Assembly: GCA_002104905.1 (NCBI GenBank)
Contig: MCFE01000063.1
Span: forward strand, 1 to 64,000
Direction of reading: 5' to 3'
Source of the DNA: Basidiobolus meristosporus CBS 931.73
Lineage: Eukaryota; Fungi; Basidiobolomycota
Length of the DNA: 64,000 nucleotides
Both the position numbers and the translations under genes were made by a program. Below, in pieces: positions 24,681 to 36,110 of this stretch. The notes beneath the pieces were generated by a model. That model was not told the DNA's origin. It saw only the letters and a program-made list of their open reading frames with translations, and made no database searches. How positions within the stretch are numbered: position 1 is the stretch's first letter; each line of letters begins with the position of its first letter.

Positions 24681-27600
24681 CGAGCTGTCACTCTCTGCAA
24701 TGTCTACTACTGCTATTACTGGAATTTTTCCCTCTGCTGAAAAGTTGGATGGATCTAACTACCAAGTGTGGAAGGTGAAGATGAAGATGCTGCTGCAAGA
24801 AAGAGGCCTTTGGGATATTGTCATGGGAGAAGAATGCCCTCCTAAAAACGTGGGAGAGGAAGCCTTAAAGTACCAGAAGAAAGAACAAAGTGCCTTTAAC
24901 TGCATTTGCCTTAATGTCAAGGACAAATTGCTAATTCAATGCTCAAGAGCAAAAACGGCAAAGAATGCCTGGAAGGCATTAGAAGACACCTACCAGTCAT
25001 GTTCAGCTGCCAAGAAAATGTATCTGAGAAGAAAATTCTTTACTACAAAGATGCTGCCAGGAGAAGAAATGAAAAATCTAATTAACAGAATTACCCTGCT
25101 GGTAGATGAGATGGAATCTGTGGGCGTACCAACTACTGATGAGGATGTGATAGTTACCATCCTGAATAGCCTGACAGACGAGTTTCAGGGCCTTGTATCA
25201 GCCCTAGAGTCCAGAACTGAAGATTTGACCTTAAATTACGTATATGGAAGGCTCCTGGATGAAGAATTAAGAAAATCAAGCGCCAATAAGAAGGAAGAAG
25301 AAAATGCTTTAATAAGCAATGATAACCAACAAAGGAGGTACCCAAGACCCTACAAAGGCAACAACAACCTATTTTGCAACTACTGCAAAAGGAAAGGACA
25401 CACATCAGACCGGTGTTTCAAAAAGAGAGATTATCAGCAAAAGAAGCCTGAATATGGAAATGCTGCAACAACTGAAGATAGACTATTCATATCTGCACTA
25501 AATATGACCACAAACAAGGATTCTCAGACGTGGTATATTGACTCTGGAGCTTCTCAACACTTTACACACCAAAAAGAACTTTTTACCCAATATCAAGAAA
25601 TTCCAATTAAGAAGGTTTTCATGGGTGACGATAGAACACTTGATGCAGTGGGAGAAGGAACTATCCAAGTAAACCTTAGAAGCAGTGAAGGAAGCCATAC
25701 ACTGACCTTTAAAGAAGTACTCTATGTACCAGAAATAGCCAAGAACCTACTCTCTGTAAGCAAGGCCACAGCAGAAGGACTCAGTTTCAGTTTTGACAAT
25801 TCTGGATGCAGGATCACTGATCAAAATGGTGCTCATATTGCTTCGGGCATCAGAGATCAGAATCTATACAAGTTGACTTATATTCCATCATATTTGGAAG
25901 CCAATATAAGTAACTTAAATGAAGAAACACCAATGCTTTGGCACAGGAGATTTGGACACATCAATTTTGATTATTTGCGCAAAATGATCAAAGATCAGCT
26001 AATTTCTGGAGTGAAAATTGATCCCCCAGCTAATTTGGAGCACTGTGAAGCCTGCATATATGGGAAACAAGCCAGACAACCGTTCAAGAGCTCTGGGTTA
26101 ATCAAAACTAAGAAATAATTAGATCTAATTCACTCAGATCTGTGTGGACCTATGCAAAATTTATCCTTAGGCGGGATGAAGTATTTAATCACTTTTATTG
26201 ATGATTATACAAGATACACATGGGTTTACTTCATGGAGAGAAAGGAAGAAGCTCTGTCTAAGCTCAGGGAGTTTAAAGCCATGGTGGAGAGAGAAACTGG
26301 TGAAAAAATCAAGAAAATACGCTCTGACAATGGTGGAGAATATACCTCAAAACTCTTCATCCACTTCTGCAAAATTCATGGGATAAAGCAAGAGACTACT
26401 GTACCATACTCCCCACAGCAAAATGGAGTAGCAGAACGAGCTAACAGATCAATAATTGATATGGCAAGATCTATGATCCATGATCAAAAATTATCCTATG
26501 ATTTTTGGGCGGAATCAGTTGCCACTGCTGTATATCTTAAAAATAGGAGTTATAACAGAATACTTCGTGATTCTACTCCATTTGAAGCATGGTATGGATA
26601 CAGACCAAGTGCAGAACATCTAAGAATATTTGGGTGTACAGCATATGCCAAAAAACTGGCCGGAAATCAGTCAAAATTTGAGCCAAAAAGTGTAAAATGC
26701 ATATTTTTGGGCTACTGCAATGAGAGTAAGGCATACAGACTCTACAATACCGAAGCAAAGAAGCTGATCAAGTCCAGGGATGTGTTGTTTGATGAAAATT
26801 CAAAATTTTCACAAAAAATGACATCAGATGATGACGAAAATTTGATCTCAAGTCCACCAATTGTCAGGATTGAATCAGAGCAAAACAATGAAAATTTTTT
26901 CACTCCAGAGGACTCTACAACCGTGGTTCAGCCAGAATCAGTGCCCAGGAATATCCCAGAAGTGATCATTCCAGTATCAAATGCCCGGAGATCCAATCGG
27001 ACAAGAAATAGCCCAAATTACTATATCAATGAGGGTACAAACTTAGCCTATGCCTATTCAGTCCATGTTGATGAACCCCAGACTGTAAAAGAGGCCCTAA
27101 ATAGCCCTCAGACGAAGTTTTGGAGATCTGCAATGACTGAGGAATATCAGGCCCTGATGGAAAATCAAACTTGGGACTTAGTCAAATTACCAATCAACCG
27201 AAAATCAATTGGATGCAGATGGGTCTTCAAGACAAAATACAAGGCTGATGGTACAATTGAAAGATACAAAGCAAGACTTGTAGCCAAAGGATACTCTCAA
27301 ACAAAAGGACTTGACTATACTGAGACCTTTGCACCGGTAGCCAAGTTTAATTCCATCAGATTAATATTGGCTATTGCAGCCAAATATAAGTTTTTTATTC
27401 ATCAAATGGATGTAAAAACTGCATTTTTGAATGGAGAACTTGATGAGGACGTGTATATGGACCAGCCTGATGGGTTTGTTGACCAAGATAACCCCCATTT
27501 GGTCTGCAAGCTTAAAAAGTCACTATATGGTCTCAAACAATCACCGAGAGCCTGGAATTGCAAGATAGATTCTTATTTGGAATCTTTGAGTTTCAAAAGG

Positions 27601-28644
27601 AGTAATGCTGACTATAGTATATACTATAAGCCAGATAGAGCAAATCCAGTTCTATTAGCTCTATATGTGGATGATCTTATTATAGCCGCCAATAACCTAG
27701 AAACATTGGAAGAGACTAAATCCAGCCTATCTAAGGAGTTCAAGATGTCCGATCTAGGAGAACTTAGTTACTACTTAGGGATTAAGTTCTCCATAGACAG
27801 AAGTACCCAGACTATTACCCTAAGCCAATCCAAGTATATTCAAGATATACTAAAGAAGTACAAAATGGAAGACTGTAAACCGGCAGCTACCCCAATGGAG
27901 ACAAACCTTAACTTGGTCAAAACTCAACCAAATCAAGAGAGCTTGGTGCCATCTGAAAGCCCTGACTTTCCTTATCAATCTATGGTCGGCAGTCTGATGT
28001 ATATCATGCTTGGAACACGTCCAGATATCTCATATTCAGTGGGAGTTGTCAGCCAACATAATCAGAATTATGGATCTGATCATATTGCAGCAGTTAAGCG
28101 GATTTTTAGATACCTAAAAGGAACTGCTGATATCTGCTTAAGATACACTTATAAGGATTCAGAACAGGATCTTGTGGGATACTCTGATGCTGATTGGGGA
28201 CGAAATTTAGAAGACAGAAGATCCACCACAGGATACACCTTTCTTTACTGTAAAGGAGCCATTTCATGGAATTCAAGAAAGCAACCAACCGTAGCACTTT
28301 CTACTACAGAGGCAGAGTATATGGCAGCCTGTGAAGCTACAAAAGAAGCAATGTGGTTAAGAAAGCTCTTTACAGATTTAGGCCTATGTCAAAAAACGCC
28401 TATTACTTTATTTCAAGATAATCAAGGATGTATACAATTAGGTAGAAATCCAACTTTTCATGCTAGAACCAAGCACATAGATATTAGACATCATTTCATA
28501 CGTGAAGCTATAGAGAATAACTTAGTTAGCTTAGTTTACTGTCCTACAGATGAAATGATTGCAGACATATTTACCAAACCATTAGCTAGAGACAAGTTTG
28601 AATATTTTAGGTCAAAATTAGGACTAGTCAGTATGAACATTTAG
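24673..28644 (+). CDS. Copia Gag-Pol polyprotein interrupted by one in-frame TAA (26116-26118)
   Basis: Zn knuckle CNYCKRKGHTSDRC, protease WYIDSGAS, IN HHCC (WHRRFGH..CEAC), DDE core (HSDLCGP, RSDNGGEY, NGVAER), RT YVDD and RNase H GYSDADW. ORFs 24541..26118 and 26152..28644 share one frame. Confidence 0.95.
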
Positions 28645-28646
28645 CT

Positions 28647-28655
28647 GAGTGGGAG
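28647..28655 (+). promoter_or_regulatory. Polypurine tract GAGTGGGAG
   Basis: Immediately precedes the 3' LTR. The same motif precedes the LTRs at 24236 and, on the minus strand, 63514. Confidence 0.8.
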
Positions 28656-29005
28656 TGTTGTAAAAATTCGTATTTTCCACCTAAATATTCACCTAACTTA
28701 GTCACTTAGATCATCACCTTCAAATCCTAGAGAATACTGACCAAATTCCTTGTCGGGATTTACTTAGAATATTTTCACCAAAATACCAAGTACCCAGAAC
28801 ATGAAAATTCTCAAAGTTGTCCAAACAGCCCCAAACTTTGCACACATGTTCTTGGGACCTTCCTTAACCTATTCTACGTGTTTGTAATGCCAAGACCATG
28901 TAAAAGTATAAATACTACTTTTACATTCAATAAATCATTAAGTGAAAACTACATAATCTACTTGTTCTCCAAATCACTTCCAATATCTCCAAGACTCTTA
29001 CAACA
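28656..29005 (+). repeat. 3' LTR
   Basis: 350 bp, identical to the 5' LTR by eye. Confidence 0.97.
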
Positions 29006-29145
29006 TTCTGAACAACTCCTTGTAGGCATTTACTTGGAATACTTTTGCCAAAACATCAGGTACCCAGACCATGAGGTTTCTCAAGTTTTCCAAACTACCC
29101 CAGACCTTGCACACCTGTACTACTGACCTTCCTAAGCACATTACA

Positions 29146-29494
29146 TGTTGTAAAAATTTGTAAATCCACCCAAATATTCACCTAGCTTAGTCACTTAGAT
29201 CATTACCTTCAAATCCTAGAGAATACTGACCAAATTCCTTGTTGGGATTTACTTAGAATATTTTCACCAAAATACCAGGTACCCAAAACATGAGAATTCT
29301 CAAAGTTGTCCAAACAGCCCCAAACTTTGCACACATGTTCTTGGTACCTTCCTTAACCTATTCTGCATGTTTGCTATGCCAAGACCAGGTAAAAGTATAA
29401 ATACTACTTTTACATTCAATAAATCATTAAGTGAAAACCACATAATCCACTTGTCCTCCCAATCACTTGCAATATCTCCAAGACTCTTACAAAA
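29146..29494 (+). mobile_element. Solo LTR of intermediate age inserted in the old 3' LTR
   Basis: TGTTG...CTCTTACAAAA, 349 bp, close to the young LTR. The flanks TTACA/TTATT look like a decayed TSD. Confidence 0.85.
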
Positions 29495-29626
29495 TTATTT
29501 GCTTGTTTAGCAGGTACCATGTGAAAGTACAAGAACTACTTTTACACTCAATAAATCATGAAGTAAAAAAACACGTAGTATTTTCTTCTCCCAATCATTT
29601 TCAATATCTTCAAAATTCTTAGAACA

Positions 29627-30046
29627 CATCCAGCTGTTGAGCAGAGGGAAAACATCAGTCATACCAGTAGTGGACACTCTGGGTAGTGACTGCTTAGGGT
29701 TCATAAGATGTAGTAAGAGTTTTGGAGATATTGGAAGCAATGGGGAGAACAAGTAGATTATCTGGTATTTGCTTCAAGATTTATTGAATGTAAACGTAGT
29801 TTTTGTACTTTCACATGGTACTTGCGGAACATGCACATAATGTGCTTAGGAAGGTCTGAAGAACAGGTGTGCAAGGTCTGGGGTAGTTTGGACAATTTGA
29901 AAAACTTCATGCTCTGGGTACCTGATCTTTTGGTGAGAATTTTTTAAGTAAACCCTGACAAGAAATTTGACCAGAACTCACCAATATTTGTGGATAATGA
30001 TCCAAAAAAAGCATATAGTGTATAAAGTGGTATTTGTAATTTTACA
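29627..30046 (-). mobile_element. Old reverse-strand 5' LTR with decayed PBS and gag start
   Basis: LTR ~29709-30046, then TCTTATGAACCC (PBS relic) and MNPKQSLPRVSTTGMTDVFP, homologous to MSPELSLSAMSTTAITGIFP. It is truncated at the end of the plus-strand old LTR. Confidence 0.75.
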
Positions 30047-30562
30047 TGATCTTGGCAAATCAATAAAGAGGTCTCAAGAACGTATGAGCAAAGTGCCTTG
30101 AGGCATTGGCTCACACTGTATATTTTTCGAGTGTGATTAGTATCATCGATTAAATTGCTGATTACTAACCAATCTTTGGATTACCCAGCTATCCTCTGTA
30201 TGGTTTTGCACTGACACTATTTCAGCATTTTTCTTGTGCCCTAATCAAGTTCCAGTATGATGTACTTCATGCTTCCAAATACACCAAGCAACTATGATCC
30301 AATCAAATCTGATTATAGTATCAGATGATCCTATACGTCAATCAATAAATATCTAAAAAACCAATGACGAGTGCAGGTGATTGGGTCTCGTGATGAGTAC
30401 ATCCTACAACTTCGACTACGTAACCCCTAGTGACTGCATTAAATCCAGGTGTGAAGCCGCGTACATATTTAAGCTTGTGGGTCTACACATACAGTATTGT
30501 TCACCATTCTCCGCCGAAATCTATTCTCTCATCTACCTCGCCGTCTCAAGCACCAAAAAAGA

Positions 30563-30871
30563 ATGTCCAGCAGTAAGTAACATGCCCCCCTACCTGTTGT
30601 TTCCCTTCGCTCACCACCACGGTTTCCAGCCGGCGACTATATAGTTATGTTCCATGAGGGTACCCCTCGCTCAGTCATCGACGAAGAAGTAAACAAAGTC
30701 CAATCCCAGGGTGGAACCATTAAGCATCGGTACGATTCTGGTATCTTTGGCTTTGCTGCGTCCATTCCTGACGACCACTTGACTGCGCTTAACGTATCTG
30801 AGCATGTAAAACTCATTGAACCTGACGGTGAGGTGACCACTTGTGCCAAAAACCTCGGCATCGGTAAATAA
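30563..30871 (+). CDS. Stand-alone peptidase inhibitor I9 (POIA/IB2-like)
   Basis: MSS|TGDYIVMFHEGTP...GGTIKHRYDSGIFGFAASIP...VKLIEPDGEVTT. Intron 30573-30629 (GTAAGT..CCAG). Confidence 0.85.
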
Positions 30872-31236
30872 ATTCAAATGTGTATATTCATACTCCATGG
30901 CGACATTCTTCCATTGTTGAGTCCTTTCAAGCACAATTTTTTACTGTCACATCATGTATAATGGATGCTAAAATAAATGTCTAATAGTATATAAACATAA
31001 ACTAGCAGAACGGCAAGCGCAATTGCCTGATCCACTCGATTACTAGCAATGGAGATAGTTGCAGTTTGTAGGATATTTTATTGGATATAAGAAAATATCG
31101 TTTATGTACAGGATCTGATTACATGAATTAATATGCAAAATTCTTTTCGTGGAAAGGAGCTGTGAATGGCAAGAACATGCGGATGAGGACAATATCCAAG
31201 TTAAGAATATATGTTAACTCCCCTAATAACGATTTC

Positions 31237-32150
31237 TCATGAGCGGAATGGACCCCGGCTCAAGTCAAAGATTTGAAAATGCCCCGAAGACTTCACGAAG
31301 CAGAGTTCATCAGTCCCCAGGACAAACAAAATGTTGTTTATTTGACGCCCAGATATGTGAGATTTGAGCGAGATTGGTAAGATCAGGTTCTTGTTGCTGT
31401 TGCTGTAAGACACTATATACAACTGGAGGGGCAGGTTTAGTTCGAATGCTCCTTTTTGAATGATGCTTAAGACCTTACCTCTGTGCCGATTGCGTCATAC
31501 AATGCCAATATGCCTTTAAGCTGATTCAGAGCGGTGAAGTGGCACTGCGTTTTCAAGATGATGAATGGAGTCCTCAACCGGACAAGGCCAATGATATTTC
31601 TGATGGTGTCCAGGTATAACTCGGTGCACTTTGTCCAGTAGTTTTCGATAACAACGAGAATTCTCTTATCGTTTAGTTGGTACACCTCGACTACATGATG
31701 CATCCGTGTGTCGATTGGAATGGTCAAGGTGAAGAAGCTCACTTTGCCAAAGTCTTCTGACAGCTGTGACCTCCGATCACTGATGTCGTGTATGTAGTGC
31801 GAGAAGATTAGACATGGAGACACACGAAGATTATCATGATTCATAAACTCGATCAAAATGGCATCGTCATCCAAATTCCCGCATGCCTGCAAAGATCCAC
31901 TTTGGCTATGGGATGATCCGATGGCGTGAATGCCCGTGTCAACGCTGAAATTCTGCGAGCTGGAGCCATATATACTTCCTATGTTGTCTGGCGTGCTGCA
32001 CACGACTGATTGGAAGGGGCTCTGTTTGGATTCTGCCTTAGAGCCAAGATGAGAATGGCTGCTTCGCCGTTTTGGGGCGTTGGTGATGCCTCTGTGAAAT
32101 GATCCAAAATTAGGCAAACTAGCCTTGCGGGCGCTAAGTATTTCCATCAT
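31237..32150 (-). CDS. Hypothetical protein (~285 aa, 2 exons)
   Basis: The 227-aa ORF has a GAG|GTAAGG donor near its end and joins in phase to the 31237..31422 ORF (LYIVSYSNS...). Ser-rich N-half and beta-rich C-half; no family recognised. Confidence 0.5.
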
Positions 32151-34569
32151 TGAAGACGTGTTTTGAAGAGGGGGCTGATAATGGATACGAGCCTTGTGGT
32201 AATGCTGGCGAAAGAGTCCGCTTCAGGCAAAGTCAGAGATGGGCTTGAATGAGGTGAAAGCCGAGGTTGATAACACAGAGCACTAACGATAAGGGATCCA
32301 GCCAGCGTCTTTTATAGGCAGCCCATTCCAGATGTCAAGTGTCGTCAACCGAGTCATTCAAATGAGAGGAGGGCACCTAGACTGGTGATCAGCCATCTAC
32401 TGCATTATTGGATTTGATTATTGCTTCAATTATGAGGATGGGAATAACTCATCAATCCGCTACATTAATAACATTCAGAGGCTCATCTGCCTTATTGTAA
32501 CAACTTTCCAATTCGATCCCAATACTCGATTTCACGTTATGAGAGCTTATTTGATAAGAATAAAACAATGAAGTTGCTGAGAGGTCCAAACCGATAAAAA
32601 TATCCCCTTCAAGATCAGCATCCATCGGAGCCGCTTCCTCGAAACAGCTGTCTCAAGCCTCACCAGACTCCCATAATCTGGCTTTGCAGCATTGATAAGG
32701 AGGGCATCGAGGTCTAGCATATATAGTTTGATTAACATGACCCAATGGCTTTGGTATCATTTATCCTAGAACCTTATTCAAGCTGGATTTTGTTGTGACG
32801 TATCCTTTCCAACTTTGCTTGATGAAATCTGAAGCTCAGCCTTGAGAAAAAGGAGATAATGATGCTAATTGAGGAAGGTGAACCGGTTTATATATTATAA
32901 AACTGTTTGACAGCATCTCGTGCATCCCGGGTTCGGAGATAGCCATATGACGATTACCTAACACGAATCCCCTTCGCATATGCGCTGGGCATTTTTCCTT
33001 CTCAGCCCGACACCACACGTCGAATCACCGTACATGTGCGGCGTTCTCAATGGGCTACATCAAACCACAGAGGGCCCGGGGTTAGCAATGGAGACCGACT
33101 TCTCTGCAACTGACTCCAGCGTTGCCGACAACCACTTGAATCCATCAACCTAGAAGCTATTTGTTAGATTACCAAGTATTGCCCCAATATATCCCTTAAA
33201 CCGGGCTGGATGCCGGTTTTAAAGACACAGTTTCAACCTGGCATGGCCACTAACAAGGAATTGCTTTGGGTTGGACTGATCGACTCAATTATGTAAAACC
33301 CGGTACTGACTTGAGACAGTTCAATATAATCACAGCTGTAAATAGTATTCCTACTAATACTGCCTCGATCCAATGAGATATCGGGCAAGCCGGGATTGCT
33401 TCTCATTGAGCGGGTGATTGAAACAGTCTTATTGCGTCCCTCCATTTGAGGCCCGTATTCAATCTATCGGGTTGCTCACAGTTACTAAACCTAATCAATG
33501 ACACAGAGTTGGATTGCCGTAAACAACGCTACCAAAAGCCGCGCTGCGTTCACAGGACTCGCATTTTGCGTATACGTGCATGGGCTACTCAATTGGTGGG
33601 CTCTGCCTATCTACCTATCAACTTAGACTCGACATCAAAAATCCCACACCCTCTGCCAAACAGCTGGCTCAGCTATGATCCAAATGTGAGTCTCTATTGA
33701 GTGCTGGAGTTCAGAGTTCAAAGGGTCATGCTCATGTGGATCGATGGGTAGATCGGCTTGAAGTGCCATGCAATATTCACACCAGAGCTTTGCGATCCGT
33801 CGGGCACCAAGTACATCATATCGGCATTGGTATCATTTGCCAGTTAGGAGAGCTACTCTTTCCATTTATGCCTATTTTTCATATCAGTCTGAATCCTATG
33901 TGGCTCGATTATCGGTTATTGATGGATTGATCATTCTTCACACTATGCTGTAGCTCGAGAAACCATTCCGGATTAATCAACAATGGATATCTAGCCAGTA
34001 TATATGAACATCACTCTCCTCGAAAATAGATGAATGGGCCTGCAGCAGGATATCTAATCCTGGCTTTCTGGTTGAGGCAAGATCGTGATGTAAGTGGTAC
34101 GTCGAAAATTAGATGGAAATACCGGACTTCAGGACTTCAGTTACATCCTTGGCGAATTAGAGAGATTGTAGATATTGTACACCATGCCACCAACAAGTGT
34201 TATTTGCATGAGAGGGCGACTCAATTTATGAACCAACCCAGCTTGGATGCACCACGGTTCGATAAAACGATGATACAAATTACACAATACCCGTGAAAGC
34301 ACAATTATAATCTGAAGATGCGATGACGTAGAGCTTGCCATCTTTGGCAGTGAGTTTCATAACCAGCCCATACGATGAAAGATCCATGATTTGCACAAAT
34401 ACATTGAAATCTATCGAAGTACTGTTGGGCCAGATGATAGACCATGACACCAAATTGATTTAGAAGTATAAGGCGTCTTTTGTCTGTAGTCATATTCTAG
34501 GATATACGATAATAGCAGAAGAGCGCGGCATAGAATCGAATGTAACATTTATTACAGCTAATAAACATC

Positions 34570-35272
34570 CTAGTTCACCTTTTTGCTTAGAATATAAGCG
34601 TCGGCTGGTGAGATGTTTTTGTAGTAGTTTTCTAGAGTTCCGGTCACTTCGAATCCATATTTCTTGTAGAATGCGATGGCTTCCTCATTGGAGATCTGTA
34701 CGTGAAGGTAAAGCTCGGAAATCTTGGCATCTTGCTCACACTGCTTCAAAATGTGCTCAAGCAATGTAGAACCTATTTGATGATGACTGTTAGAATGGAT
34801 ACACAACATAAATCGTCTTCTTACACATACCAAGACCAAGTTTACGATAAGGAGCAAGAATACCAAGGGTCATGATGTAGATCTTGACCATACCACCATC
34901 GGTGTTCTCCTTACGACAGCAAACAGCGCCGACACAAGCATCATTGTAATAGACTTAGGAACAATAGCATGACGAAATCAGTGAGCAAGAGTAGACCTCA
35001 GCAGCAGATGAAAGCAATGACATACCAAGTTTAGCGAATTCACCGACATCTAGAACATCTTTGTAGAACTTCTCGCTATAGTGTACGGGGAACAAGATGG
35101 AGTTCAAGCGACGGAGTTGGCCCAAATTATTTAAAGTGACTTCGCCCAAACCAATCAAGCGATTTCTAGGGTTTACCGTTTCCACAATCTTGTTCACTTC
35201 GGCGATGTTGTTGGAAGCGGTTGTTTGGGATGCCTTTCCTTCGGCGGCACGTTTGGTCAATGAGGCGAGCAT
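34570..35272 (-). CDS. NAA50: N-alpha-acetyltransferase 50 (NatE catalytic GNAT)
   Basis: LGEVTLNNLGQLRRLNSILFPVHYSEKFY, spliced YYNDACVGAVCCR..IYIMTLGILAPYRKLGLG, LYLHVQISNEEAIAFYKKYGF and YYKNISPADAY. Confidence 0.92.
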
Positions 35273-36110
35273 GTTCTCAAAAATAAAGACGAAAAGGACG
35301 CTAGCCAGCAAAAAATCGAATAGGGCCAGTATGGTGTGATTGATATCCATCCGCCATGTTAGTGATCGCAACGTTTTTTTTCCAATCGAATAGGTAAGAA
35401 AATTTTCAACCTGATGAGATTAATGGCAGATGATGGCAGGCATCGAGTTAGTCAAAGTTTTAACGTCGAAACGATGGTTAACGCAACTTGATCAGTAAAC
35501 GTGGTTGCCGAATTTGTCGAATCAACACATACGTTATCCAAGACAAAATGATGATGGAGCCGAGGACGGTGATGCTGAAATCCCGAGTGTCCATTTATCT
35601 AATAGGCAGAGTCATGATCGCTATCAAGTATTTCGGGTAAAATCTGTGCAACATCATAAGATCATCGCATATATCCTGGATGATGATGTGTTGTAGTTAC
35701 TTTTATGTGGGAAAAGTACTTCTAAATCAAATGAATGTAGGTACTTCTACGTGACTTTCTGGAAATTGAATAGCCATTGGTTATGGCATCCCACTCCAGT
35801 GAGTATTTACTGTTTTTGTTACCCATCTAGAATAGTTATATTTATTGGAGAAAAGGAACTTTCCGTTTTGTTTCTTCCTCGAATTCAAGGTTTTTGTAAC
35901 TTCGAATCCATTTACAAACACACTTCTATATACATGAACATACGCTTATCTACTTCAACTTTGTAGCGTCAACAAAGGGGTTTCTTTAGTTTATTTATTA
36001 CGTTAAGAATTTTCCTTCGCAACTTCAAGCCTTTATCTTCAATCGCATCCCGAAGCATATCTACTAGTAACCTCTAGATCCCGAATTATTCGAGGCATAC
36101 CGTTAGATAA

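Larger units (their letters stand above)
24319..29005 (+). mobile_element. Full-length young Ty1/Copia LTR retrotransposon (4687 bp), TSD TTCTG
   Basis: Two 350-bp LTRs, identical by eye, with TGTTG..CAACA ends. TTCTG at 24314-24318 and 29006-29010. PBS, PPT and gag-PR-IN-RT-RH domain order are present. Confidence 0.98.
24236..29626 (+). mobile_element. Old 3' LTR split into three pieces (24236-24318, 29011-29145, 29495-29626) by two later insertions
   Basis: Starts TGTTG after the PPT. The pieces join colinearly with the family LTR (..CCTAGGGAATTCTG|AACAACTCCTTG.. vs ..CCTAGAGAATACTGACCAAATTCCTTG..) and end CTTAGAACA. Confidence 0.8.

Noticed and set aside
26082-26122. Intron that would splice out the integrase TAA
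   Set aside because: Candidate GT..AG spans are 26 and 41 nt: not multiples of 3, too short, and would delete residues next to the IN core.
20545-30046. CRISPR array or prokaryotic system
   Set aside because: The repeats are 350-bp LTRs, and the window is intron-containing fungal DNA with no spacer-repeat array or operon structure.
19909-32925. Identical 16-mer ACAGCATCTCGTGCAT near 19910 and 32910
   Set aside because: About one such match is expected by chance in a 64-kb self-comparison, and the flanks do not extend the alignment convincingly.
32547-34493. Cluster of 60-90 aa ORFs between the orphan gene and NAA50
   Set aside because: No consistent frame, splice chain or motif could be assembled on either strand.
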